Below, in pieces: positions 1 through 12,343 of a stretch of DNA of 64,000 nucleotides (position 1 is the stretch's first letter; each line of letters begins with the position of its first letter). The stretch is from Mizuhopecten yessoensis (lineage: Eukaryota), in contig NW_018480040.1 in assembly GCF_002113885.1 (NCBI RefSeq), positions 124,001-188,000 on the forward strand, read 5' to 3'. Both the position numbers and the translations under genes were made by a program. The notes under the pieces were generated by a model. It was given only the letters and a program-made list of their open reading frames with translations, ran no database searches and was not told the origin of the DNA.

Positions 1-555
1 CTGAAGATCCTCTGGACCTGTACCGAGAACCTCGGTAAGCATTGCAGGGACATTTGCACCAGCGATAAGCGTCAAGTTTTTTAGAACGCTGTCAAACATT
101 GGTCTAGTCACTTCCGTTAGGCCAGCTGCCATTCCAGTGATGATGCCGTCTACACCAGGTGACGATAATGTAGAATTGCCAACAGTGGAGAGAAACTGCA
201 GAAACTTTAAGGCATTGTACAAAAGATCTAGACTTTCATTATCTACTCCGCGAAATGAGACGTTTCTAGATTGGGCAAAGTCAATGAGTTTGAGAGCAGT
301 GTTGAAATCGACGTTATCCAGTATGTTCGAAGTAGCATTAAAAAGGGCAAAAGCATTTTGTACATAATCAGGGACATTCAAGCCACCAGACGAAATGGAT
401 GTGGCAAAATTCATAACCCCTTGTGTGTATATATCCTTAGGAACGTTATTGTTTGTGGCATTAGCCTGTCTAAAGTACTGACCGTTTGTTACTGAAACTG
501 TAATAGTCAGTACTACTAAAGCGAACATCTTGAAACGTGTCATTGTCAGCTCCAT
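1..555 (-). CDS. 5' end (first coding exon, runs off the window) of a secreted or membrane glycoprotein of unknown family
   Basis: Open frame of 185 codons from ATG 555 to the window edge: MELTMTRFKMFALVVLTITVSVTNGQYFRQANATNNNVPKDIYTQGVMNF...LTEVLGTGPEDLQ. Typical signal peptide, 6 N-x-S/T sequons, no Cys, TATA box upstream. Absent from the ORF track because it has no stop in the window. Confidence 0.85.
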   Translation of the reverse strand, partial: MELTMTRFKMFALVVLTITVSVTNGQYFRQANATNNNVPKDIYTQGVMNFATSISSGGLNVPDYVQNAFALFNATSNILDNVDFNTALKLIDFAQSRNVSFRGVDNESLDLLYNALKFLQFLSTVGNSTLSSPGVDGIITGMAAGLTEVTRPMFDSVLKNLTLIAGANVPAMLTEVLGTGPEDLQ

Positions 556-628
556 GGATTCCGAAAAATCCAAGTGTCTTGATTCTCAATTTAGTCTTGA
601 GGAATAACGCAGCCCAAGGTATTCGGCC

Positions 629-664
629 TTATATAGCTTCTGTGGACGGTGTCACCTGACGTCA
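629..664 (-). promoter_or_regulatory. TATA box (TATATAA, 635..629) and perfect CRE palindrome TGACGTCA (657-664) upstream of the 555..1 gene
   Basis: Motifs read directly; the TATA lies about 75-80 bp upstream of the ATG. Confidence 0.6.
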
Positions 665-1468
665 TCTATACATCCCGTCAGCATAAAATGAACCTCCAAA
701 TATGGTGATCTAGTCATTATACCCCTTAATACTCGCAGATTTTGTCAGCTTGATTCAATCCACGTGCAATATAAATTCTCCATTTGTCCTGTCACTGTCT
801 AACACGTTTCGTTGGATAATGTTGATGTTTTTGATGCAGGCTAATATTGTGTTTTTTTTCTAAATTTTGTTCCTCAAGAAATGCATCTTAAGTAAAATAG
901 ATTCACAAGGACCTATAAGCTTACAATGTTGTGGAGAACACCTCAACTTGTGTGTTTTCATTATTGTCATTTAAATTTGCCATACCTGTAATAGAGATTT
1001 ACACGACATGCGTAAACAGGTAAACGTATGTGCAATGACCTTGTTGTCTGCCTGGGTGCCTTTGTACGTATTTAGATTAACAAGTACTTTATTTGTATGC
1101 TTGACATCATTACGAAATATCTTTATTACGAAATACGAAGTGCTCCATAAATGCTACCTTACTGTTGCCCCTCTGTTATTGAACCAGTAATTCGATAGTT
1201 GACTGAATTGTATCTTTATATGCGTTTTGTATGTTTAGAGTTAAACGTTCACGTAAGAAATAAAGCAATATGACGAATGGTACTACTTCGAATATGTCAT
1301 TCTACTGCGGATAGAAAATTCTGAATAAAAATATATTTGGATGAAAAATATTTGATCTGTAATATGTGAATTTTGATATTTATCTGTGATGTCAGAAGAT
1401 GAAATATAGAAACAATATACAATGACATATCATAAAAATTAAAGAACAGCACCTTGTATATTTCAGAA

Positions 1469-1844
1469 TGACATTGATTGATCTTTTGCATGACTCATAT
1501 GAGACGTATGGAGCTAAGGTTGGTAAAACAACGCAATGGTTGACCTAAATTAGTCTGAAAAGAAATATATCATTAAAGTACCATTCACTAATAACGTTTG
1601 TGGCGACAGGTATTTTACAACCTTCATACGCTTCCCCTTTCTCTTGTTATACTTCAAAATATCATAGCTTAGGTTGCATCTTTAACGTGTCATCTCGATA
1701 AACTTGCTGTGTTAATTCGTAATAGCCTGCAATGTGAGCGTGCTGCTATCTTGAGAACCAGACCGTATCAACATCATAATATAAACGTCTGATCTTTAGC
1801 TCCATACGTCTCATATGAGTCATGTACAGAATCGATCAATGTCA
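1469..1844. mobile_element. MITE/foldback-like element with ~50-bp inverted termini; degenerate symmetry extends to about 1300-1990
   Basis: tgacattgattgatcttttgcatgactcatatgagacgtatggagctaa (from 1469) versus its near-perfect reverse complement at 1796-1844. Confidence 0.65.
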
Positions 1845-2302
1845 AGTTGCTGTTCTGTGTTGAACAAGGCCAGTTCAAATATTTGCTTAGAAAGGTACTC
1901 CTTGAGTTTTGTATGTTGTATATTGACTGATTTTACTTTGTGAAATATGTTCGAAAGAATCGAATTCATCCAAATATAATGTTGTTAAGTAGAACGCTAG
2001 GGATACGCCCTTATTTATGACCTTATTTCAAATATCAGTTTAAAGTAGTATAGCAGAAAGTCTAAAATTGAATACGTTTTGAACATTTTGAAATATTTAA
2101 GTTTACATTAATCTTTTGTTAGTCAGAGACTGCTGGAAAAAATCATATTAGTGTACAATGTGCTATAAGCAAAACATAGACAGGGCGACAACTTATTGAA
2201 AACATGACACCGAAAACAGCGAAAATATACCAAAACAAAAAGTAAAATACTGACAATACACAAGTTTACAATGTGAAACAGAGCGATAAACGAGAAAATA
2301 AT

Positions 2303-3070
2303 TGACTTCAGCGACAAAACACAAGGGCAAAATGTAAAAAAGCGACAAAACACAGGGATTAAATGTAAAACAGCGACAAAAAAATACCTTTATTTTCCCT
2401 ACTGGGCCCCACCCCTCTGCCCCGAGGGGGGCCACACCCACCCTTTATACCAAATTGAATCCCCGGGACAAGGACAAAATGAAAAAAGCGACAATACGCA
2501 AGGAAAAAATAGAAAAAAACGACAATACACAGGGGCAAAATAGAAAAAAAACACAATACACAGGGACAAAATAGAAAAAAACGACATATCACAAGGACAA
2601 AATAGAAAAAATCGACAATATACAGCGACAAAATATTAAACAGCGACAATACACAAGGACACAATAGAAAAAAAAAAACAATACACAGGGACAAAATGTT
2701 AAACAGCGACAATACACTGGGACAAAATGAAAAAGATGACAATACAAAAGGACAAAATGTAAAAAAGCGACAATACACAAGGACAAAATGTAAAACAGTG
2801 ACATTACACAGGGACAAAATAGAAAAAACGACAATACACAGGGACAAAATAGAAAAAAGCGACAATACACAAGGACAAAACGTGAAACAGTGACAATACA
2901 TAAGGACAAAATAGAAAAAACGACATTTCACAGGGATAAAATAGATAAAACGACAATACACAGGGACAAAATAGAAAAAAGTGATGATACACAAGGACAA
3001 AACGTAAAAGAGCGACAACGCACACGGACAAAATGTAAAACAAAAAAGACAATACACAGGGACAAAATGT
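2303..3070. repeat. ~30-31-bp minisatellite (gacaatacacagggacaaaatagaaaaaa-type), about 20 units
   Basis: Tandem units visible at 2463-3070 with a few more at 2303-2380. Explains the overlapping Cys/Phe-rich ORFs. Confidence 0.9.
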
Positions 3071-3394
3071 AAAAAAAAAAGACGAATGTGTTTATTTGTA
3101 TACTTGGCCTCCTATTTAGTAGACACGATCATGTATCATATAACGTACTGTGTTATCCAGTGAATATACCCATGTCATAATTTTCGCGTATTAACCCGTG
3201 ATATATAACCTATCATCCCTGTGTTTGGTTGTCAGTTTCAATTGTTTCAATTGTGACGTCACACCTAAGACAAGTACATAACGTCACAGACTTCAGCACT
3301 GGAGTCAAAATGGCCGCTTTTTACAATTTAATCTTGCATGAAAAATGTCGTTTTACACAAATAAATGCCACAAATCATTTTTTGTGATAAAAAG

Positions 3395-3685
3395 AATCTT
3401 ACACTCATTTCCATTTCATATGAAATGTATAACACTCGTCACGAATTCTTCATTTTAGCTCGCCAGAACTAACACACTTTTTATCAGAAGTCTATTGAGT
3501 TCTTACGTTGCCTTATATAGACATAGACATCCTGTTTATATATAGCAGAGGCTATTACAATTACTGTATAACTGTATAACACTCGTCAAGAATTCTTCAT
3601 TTTAGCTCCCCAGAGGCTCGCTAAATTGAAAAATTCTTGTTTCATAAATCTCATATGAAATGGAAACTCATGTAAGATCCTATAT
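3395..3685. mobile_element. Palindromic non-autonomous element (Crypton-N-like hairpin) interrupted by a templated insertion
   Basis: atcttacactcatttccatttcatatgaaat ... atctcatatgaaatggaaactcatgtaagat arms around a ctcgccagaggctcgc apex. Confidence 0.55.
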
Positions 3686-5764
3686 ATATTACGCAACACT
3701 GAAACCTAACGAGCAGACTACATAAAAGTATACATAAACTATATACAGATTGCTTAAACACTAAAAAAAACACACTATCAAACATAGACAACAATAAAAT
3801 GATATACATTGGATAGCCGCCTAAAAAATGTTCATTACTCGTGAAAACGTTTTGATTTATTGTTTTTCCAATGAAATCAAAAGTTTAACTTTAAGCGAGC
3901 TTTCAAAAGTGTCTGTTTCCTTTACCAATCGAGGAGTGCAGACAGAAATTAAAACTTATTTTTTCGAGCTTTCAAAGTACATTTAGTCTGTTTCTTTTGT
4001 CAAGCTAGAGGTGCAGCGAAAGCTCGCAAAATAAGTTTTAAATTACTGATTGTGTTTAAAACTACAGTAATAAGGCATTTATTATTCCTATTCATACCAA
4101 ACTGATAACTCTCATTCCGAATATTTAAGAAATATGTCTAAGAATCCATTAAGTGTTTGCTAATTTTCTATCTTTAACATAGGAAAACATTTATTCTTGA
4201 TTCATTAAACAGAACTGTTCGTCGTTCACTTACTTTAATTTATTACCCACCTATTTAATTTAAAGGTACTTGTTAAAATAAACACCAAAGGTGTGTTAAA
4301 GGTGCAAACCGTCACAAGTACATTCGAGCTAGGTGTTTCATCTGTATTTCGTAATACGGACATATTATTTAAATAAGCAGACGGGAAGGGTCACAGTTTG
4401 TTAAATAGGACGAACTAACACACATTTTATCAAAGTCTATTCAGTTCTTACATTGCCTTATATAGACATAAACATCCTGTTTATATATATCAGAGACTAT
4501 TAGAATTACGAGTGGTAATATTGAACCGAGTCCACTTGGGTGGTCCTAACACAGGTGTGAATTACCCTTATCTACTTTTGAATGTTGCCTCGCCTCATTG
4601 TATCTCTCAACCGCGGCTGTTGAGCCCCGCAGTCAGCCAGTCAGAGATTGTAAGGAAAAAGTAAATCAAAATATTGACTTGTAAATCTAATTACCTGTTA
4701 AGCGCCGTTGTCAGCCAATGGAAGTTTACAAGCCAGCAGTCAACACAATCGACTAAAACTCTGACATAGATAATTTTAAGAAGACTCCTATGCTATTTTT
4801 ATCATTTTTCGTCATGACTTTTTATCTTGATTTGTGACTTTTTCTCTTGTTCATATATCTATTTCGATTGTAAAAAAATTACCTCGTGCGTATGACTTTC
4901 AATTCGTTTGAATTCCAAAATTGGCATGAATAAGCTTCCGTAGTATAATCATATTATTTGATACTTGTTTATATCTTCTGCTTACTGTAGCCGCATAGTC
5001 AGGTCTCTGTTATCCATCTCAAACGGATGGACTGAATGAAATGGTGTATGTAAAATAGTCTGATAAAGTATAAGTATAAACTTCATTTTATAATAATACA
5101 AAATAAGATTTAAGACATCATACACTTTGTTTTGGTATCACTAGTTCATTTGATGGTATCACGATTTCGTATTTCATTATTTAAAAAATCTACATAATAA
5201 TGTCAAGAAAAATAGTCTATATGTTAATGAAACTTATTATATTATGAATATATTAAGTTTGATGAATAGATAGTTAAACGGCCGTAAAAGTAAACAATAA
5301 GCGATATCTCTGCTAATCCGTACATATATGGAACGCTGTTTGGTTCTTTTATATTTACTATGTGTCATCTATTAGAATAGTGTGTGATGTCATTGGTCAA
5401 AAACGTATTAACTTGGGTTTTTTTAATTTGAAGTTATTTTTGTAATATGACGTGAAACCGTCGTTACAGTAATTAAGCACAACGCGGTCAGCACGTGCTT
5501 CGTTCACCAGTTCATGTCCATATACGGTACACTATTTTTGCTCTTGACGTAATTAATTGCAATTATGTTTGCTCGGTGTCTGCTTTTTGCTCACACTGTT
5601 TTGAAATAACCTGTATGCGTGAAGTGAATTTGCATAATTAAGGATCCTCGTACCACAACATTTTTTACCAACATAACTATAGCTTGAATAAATAAGTTCT
5701 GATAAATGGGGGGGGGGGGTTGTCATCAATAACAGTGTTCTGAGTGTAAAAATAGTATAGCAAG

Positions 5765-5836
5765 ACTAGAACGGGATTTACAACCTGGATTTCACATTGT
5801 TATACTATCGCTCTAACCGCTTGAGCTACGTGTACC
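5765..5836 (-). pseudogene. tRNA-derived (SINE head / pseudo-tRNA) sequence, copy 1
   Basis: A-box gtagctcaagcggttagagcg and degenerate B-box; no acceptor stem. Confidence 0.5.
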
Positions 5837-7104
5837 AGCTGGACAACGGAAGTAACCAGGCTCAAACGTGCAACAGTTATATTCAAATGAAATTAAGTAG
5901 AGAATGTTGTATATACGGAAAACATCACAGTACAGTGAGACAAAGATCCTTAAGCAGGTTTACGAATAGTAAGATGTATACTATTGGGGGAACCAACATT
6001 TTAGTTCTTCCTTATAAAATTGACGTAAATTTCTTCGGTAAAGTTATTAACCATACTAAAATAACCATCATACTTAATACGTACAGTAACAACAAGGCAA
6101 TAATCATTTGTCTTAACTAGTTGTACATGGGTTAATTTATATAGGATATATAGTAATTATCCTCCGGTTTTCCAACTTTGTTATCTATTCAATAAATCTG
6201 AATATTTTGCGTGAGTGTTTAATATCTTTTCCATTGTACGTTTAAGCTGTTGTGTTTATACATTTCACTATTAAGGAGGTCGTAAACTCATTGTAATAAG
6301 ACAACAGAATGAACATTGACCGAGGTTAACGGTCAAGAAAACATGGCGACCTGTAGTGATAGGTTAGAGTTGAACATCCGTGCAGGGTCTTGTATGTGTT
6401 ACTGGTTTGTCAGTTGACACACAAACATTGAACGCCATTAAAGGAACAGCTGACAATGACCCTTTTAGTCCACGACGTAAGTACATATATACCATATTTA
6501 TTCGAATCAGAACTGAGTGGTTAAATCATCGTGTCATCGAAATACTTACTTGAATATGTTATCTGTGACATCGTTCAAATGTTTATTGATTTGAAATAAA
6601 TAACATAATAAGCTTCGAATTTACAATAGAAAAGACGGAACAATAGAACTTATATATATGTTAGACAAATATTGACCAGCAATGTTTGTGAAAGTCATTT
6701 TGTGTTTGTAGTTTATGTTATACGATCTATAGCGATGTTTCATACCATTATCAATGTCTGGTTCTCTTCTCATTAAAGTAACAAACTGTTTATCGTGACG
6801 GTATTAATAACTGCAAGTTAAATTCAAGTCTCATGTACCAATTTGTTGATCAGCTTATAGTTTGGCATGATTCATGGAGCCAATAATGATAATATCGTAT
6901 TTTTTTTTTGATGATCCGAAACATGTTTACTGATAGGTTCACATTTTACGAACACAAGATTTGTGCAAGGTTGTAAAAGTTATATTAAAAGTTCTTTGGT
7001 CGGTCATGTGTAGATTTAAACGTTTTTAAGAATTAATGAAAGTTCGAAACTATATAACGTTATAATAATGATTGGGTCAGTAAAAGTGAGTCTACTTTCA
7101 ATGT

Positions 7105-7332
7105 TTAAAGTTCTAACTGTGCTTTACGTCCTATTAACAGCTACAAGATCGTATGGTCATTTAAGGAGGAGACAAGTTTCGGTGATGGAGTGGAGCATGA
7201 GAACCCCGAAGAAAACCACCGACCAGTGGCCAGTACCTGGTGACTGCCCAACGTTGGCACGAAGCAGGGACCCAATGGTGGGGGACTAGTGATCGGAGAC
7301 GGTCATACGCCTTCACCACCCGGCCACCGCGG
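7105..7332 (-). mobile_element. tRNA-derived SINE (V-domain-like core, bivalve type)
   Basis: Head ccgcggtggccgggtggtgaaggcg, core ggttttcttcggggttctc, tail ccttaaatgacc...gctgttaataggacgtaaagc. Confidence 0.75.
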
Positions 7333-8193
7333 TGTATTTACACACTCGACTTCTTTTTCAATGCATACTTTAATAAGTTACAATATAAAAATGTGTAGGT
7401 GAATAAACTAACCTTTTAATAAAGATTTCATTTCAACGGATTTATTCTATATCAGACTGGTTTCAAAATTTGTCCCACATTATATTTAAAAATCTGTATT
7501 CGTGAAGCGAATCTGCAGTATTAAGTAGACTGACAAGTAGAAAGATGTTTGCTATAGACAAACAAATTTCTACAGTATTTAAAGCTGACAGTGCAAGTTA
7601 AAAAGCTTTCAATTGAGATTTTAATTTGGTCCTTGCGTGGTAACGAGTATGGGTCTCGCTGGGTATAAAAAGCGCATTACTCGTCGAACTTAACTTATCA
7701 ATACAGGTCGTCCTGTTTTCTTGAACGTTTACCTCTGTCAGTTTTCATTTCTGTTGTCTATTTACAATGTGTTTACGCCTTTTTTAATTGTTGAATGCAT
7801 AAACACAACAGCTGAAATGTACAATGGAACAGATATCGAACACTCACACAAAATATTCAGATTTATTGACTAGACAACAAAGTTGTAAAACAGGAGGATC
7901 AAAACTATATTTTCTATATAAATTAAACTGTGTACAACTTGTTAAGAAAAATAATTTCTGTACGTATTAAGTGTGATAGTTATTTTAGTATGGTTAAGAA
8001 CTTTGCCGAAGAAATATATATAAATTTTGTAAAATAGAACTAATTTCTTTTTTAATAGTTAACATCTTACTGATAGTCAGCCTGCTTACGAATCTATGTC
8101 TCACTGAACTTTGGTGTAAACAGCAACCACTCTTTAATTTCATTTGGATATAACTGTTGCACATATGGGCCTGGTTACTTCCGTTGTCCGGCT

Positions 8194-8265
8194 GGTACAC
8201 GTAGCTCAAGCGGTTAGAGCGATAGTATAACAATGTGAAATCCAGGTTGTAAATCCCGTTCTAGT
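8194..8265 (+). pseudogene. tRNA-derived sequence, copy 2
   Basis: ggtacacgtagctcaagcggttagagcg...ggttgtaaatcccg; no cloverleaf acceptor stem. Confidence 0.5.
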
Positions 8266-11200
8266 GTTGCTATATTATTTTTACACTCAGAAAACTGTTA
8301 TTGATGATATTTTACATTTCCCCCATTTTCTCAGAATTTATTTATTAAAGCTGTAGTTAATATGTTGGTAAAAACCGTTTCAAATGCGTAGTTACATTAT
8401 ATTTCGTTTGTGGTACGAGGATTCTTAATTATGTAAATTCACTTCACGCATACATGTTATTTCAAAACAGTGTGAGCAAAAAGAAGACATGCAGCAAACA
8501 GATAATTGCAATTGACTACGTCAAGAGCAAAAATAGTGTACCATATATGGATATGAACTGGTGAATGAAGCACGTGCTGACCACGTTGTGTTGGATTACT
8601 ATAACGATGGTTTCACGTCATATTACAAAATAACTTTTTTTAATTTACACCCTTGTTCAAGGACGAATACACTTCATTATGTGATGTACGATTCAAACCT
8701 GGTAATCGTCTCGTCTACTACCAAACCAAAAACAATGAAGCACACAAATATGTATCACTCATCTGAGTGCAGATGTATCACCAACATAGTTCAAAAAAAT
8801 GGCAAGAAGCATTATCAAAAATAAATCAAATCTATAATCCTTATAGAAGAAACTACACCAATAGTTCGTTTGACGTCGATATTCAATACAAACTATATCA
8901 TCTTGCAGATTTAAAAAAATGTTAATACTGTTTGAGCGTCGAAATAACACAGAGCTCATTTCACTAGAGGCTATGACGATGGTGGGTTGTAAAAGTGACT
9001 TGCAGTCATACCATTGAGCTGTAAATCATATAAAAATGCATAATGGCAGCATTTGTGTTATAATACACACATTGAAGTTTAAATTTGACCGACAGACAAG
9101 GCTTTTACATGTGTAGGGATTGGACAAAAAGCATCAAGACGGTTGCAATTTTGTCAGCAAATAAAGTCTATCACAGCAATCTCCAGTTATAAGTAATTTC
9201 TTAAGATATTGAATCAGAATAAAGTCTTTAATTGTATGAAAAGTTAGTTTGACACATACATAAACACTTTACACACCTGTGTATAACTAAATAAATAACA
9301 AATTCATTTTCAATTGATGAACAATATTTCAAAAAAAAAGATCAGGTCAATGACTTAAATATATTTTGCTACATCATTATCAGACAAGGATAAATTAAAA
9401 ACCATGCAGTCTCAATATTCAAACGAAAATGAGCCAGAATATCTGCAATAAACATGAAGGCGAAACCTAGCGCTTAAGAAGGAGCGTTTCCTTGACAACA
9501 CATAATGGCGGTCGCAGATTCTATTTCTGTCAAAAAGATGTATTCCTTCCCATCAGGCATTCGACGACGGTCAACGCACAGGATATATCGTGATGAGGGA
9601 AGCGGTTTGGGAAGCTAATATCCTCGTTCGACAAGAATGACGCAGCTCAATGACACTTGATAATATGATAAGCAGTGCAAGACACCATGTATTATTCATG
9701 TTTTATGCACATGTATTCAAACAATCCAGGAAAATGTATATAGTATGCTCTTTAACAAAAAACAAAGCATATGTATGTTCCCGTAGGGAGACCGACATCG
9801 TCACAAGCTTGTACTCTCCTATTAAACAAGGCGAGTGTTTTTGACTTTGATAAAATACCGATTATATTAAAACTAATTTCATTTAGACATTAAAGAAATC
9901 TTTAGTGTAGACCCATTACGTAATATTAGAAATGTTTGAAAAAAATCACATTTAAAAGCAATAATCAAGGTTTTCAATTACAATGTTTGTTAAAAATAAA
10001 AGAGGTGTTTTGAGGATGTGTTTCATAAAAAATAAGTAGTATTTGGTTAGTCTTTACTTGTTGCTAGTTGTATAAGTAGGATTGTGAACACCAGAGGTGG
10101 TGATTAAGTTAGCAACTATCATTTATTTAGTAAACATATGTGAAAGACATCCAAATAAACATTTACTAAATATTTTCCAAAACACGTATAAAACAGCAAT
10201 AGTATACTTTTAGATTATGCCTTGATGATATTATATGAAAATAAAGTAAGCTTCGAGACCATTCCGAGATATGACGGTGTTTCGTCGAGGAACCAAATAA
10301 ATATTGTTTCCTTTGTCTTCTTATTTTTCATGTAATTTGTAGCACTATAGACGATATAATAAAGCTGACCCAAAATACAAGTACATTATTTATAAGTAGG
10401 TCACAGTGGTTTATTCTTATCAGCAATATACTCTACTGTATGTGTTAGATACAGATAAGGACTTTGCACCAAGCATGCCAAATTAAATAAGCATAGCAAA
10501 ACTTAATCTACAGAAATGTCGGAGTGAATTCGGTAGAACACGATTAACACCATCGTTAAGATGTTAGGGGAAGGACAAGTAATAAAAGCTACCCTCATAG
10601 TATCCAAAAGCAAAACGCTAAGAGATGAAGTAGGTTAAAAGCTCTTATTATGTCGGAATTTTTGTGTATTGAAATGTCTTCCATCGGAAGTTATGCCAAG
10701 TATTTGGTATGTATTTGTGGTGTACAAACATATCAATGCAGGTCCATGTGAAAATGTTTCAGTAATCGTGATATAATAAAATAAATACGTGTGTAAATGT
10801 GTATATATAAAGAAGGTAAGATAAGTGAAATCAGGACCTGAAATGCGTATACAAATAATCTGTCATATATATATAAAGACCTCGAACCCCCATTACTAGA
10901 CTGGCCACTAGCCAACATATCCATCATTACCATAACGGAATATCACACTTTTATATGCAACCTTAATTTCCATGATTGATTTTTTCATTGTACATCGTTC
11001 TGAACTTGATCGAAGTATTAAAGGTCAAAATTTAAGGTCTTGACTTATACATACTTGTTATTTCAAAATATATAAGTTATTATTCAGGTTAAATATATGT
11101 TTGTTGGTTATATATCATAAAATCAAATACATGACCATTACATAGCTGTTGTGTGGTTTGTTTTGCCAAATATAATGTCATATCAATATGACGAAGTCTC

Positions 11201-12289
11201 ACCAAATACTTCAACACCGTATTTCCCATTTCCTGTGATAAGTCAAAGATATTTCTAAACACAATTTGGCGCGACTATCGACATGCCCCTTTGAGTATTA
11301 AGGCACAAAATAATGCATATTGTCAAAACAGTACCGCGGATATATACCAGTGTATAGTATTTATCAGATGTGTGCTAGATTTTCTTAAGGTCCGTGTAAT
11401 TGAGCTCTCGCACGCATGCGCTAGCGAGAATTTCTTATAAGTCAAGATTCTGTTAAAGGAAAAGTAGGAAGCATCGTGCAGTGATTATAAAGAATCAGGA
11501 TATGCTCATTGGTGTCGTGTTAAAATTACAGTATTAGCATGATCACTATATTACCGGATTTTATGAAATATTATCTTGCCCTTAAGATATATCAAATTCA
11601 AGAGAAGATTTCATATTACTTTTATAAATCTGTATAGCTAACAATGCTGACTATGGCAACAGAACAGCTGACATTTAACATTAACAGGTGCTGATAAGGT
11701 AGGAGAATTAACCAATATGCATGATGTCTATAAAATCGGTTTTTAACAAGTAATCAACTAACAATACATTGCACAAACTCAGACACATTTGTCAAAAAAT
11801 GCGAGCCAATGTGGCAATCGGCCTCTTGTAATATTCAGATTTAGTGTTGCACAATACATTTCAGACACTAAAATGGTTAACTTATAGTAAAATTGTCAAA
11901 ATAGGGTCATTTGTGATTTTGGTTCCCCACTATCGCCTCTTGTCTTTCATACATGTATCTTAGAATGGGCTTTCCAAACTTACATTGGTCATATCATTAC
12001 GTGTCCCGCATAAGGTCAAGGTAAATTTATACGAAAAATATCTTATCGATGATAGCCACCAGAATGCTATCAATGACATCCCTGCTTAAAATCCTTAGCC
12101 AACACAAATAATACATTGTCAAACAATTATTTTGTCAACACTGAATATATATTTCAGCAAAATGTCAAGAGAAATGGTCACCAGATATGCAAAGTGAGAA
12201 ATTTTTCGCTTAAAAAATATGTAGTCTAACATAAGCCAATAATGCTCCACTTATGGTCATTTTGCACACGGTTCCTCTCTGTCTCCAGT

Positions 12290-12296
12290 TATATAT
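12290..12296 (+). promoter_or_regulatory. TATA box of gene A
   Basis: TATATAT about 50 bp upstream of ATG 12344; conserved in the right-arm copy (~52527-52533). Confidence 0.55.
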
Positions 12297-12343
12297 CGTG
12301 TGTGAATGGACGTGTGTCATTCTTGACATATCACTCCTACACA

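Larger units (their letters stand above)
5429..8637. repeat. Local inverted duplication: arms ~5429-6373 and ~7686-8637, spacer ~1.3 kb
   Basis: The arms are reverse complements at roughly 80-85% identity by eye; ORFs 5797+ and 8233- share MLYYRSNRLSYVYQ. Confidence 0.9.

Noticed and set aside
2123-3072. Long Cys/Phe-rich ORFs (up to 232 aa)
   Set aside because: They are translations of a 30-31-bp minisatellite, open in several overlapping frames.
6440-6485. agctgacaatgac match to the start of the 555..1 gene, followed by a gtaagt donor
   Set aside because: Only 13 bp of similarity, with no signal peptide and no downstream exons found.
8194-8265. tRNA genes (three copies: 5765, 8194, 34503)
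   Set aside because: A and B boxes only; no acceptor-stem pairing or clear anticodon arm.
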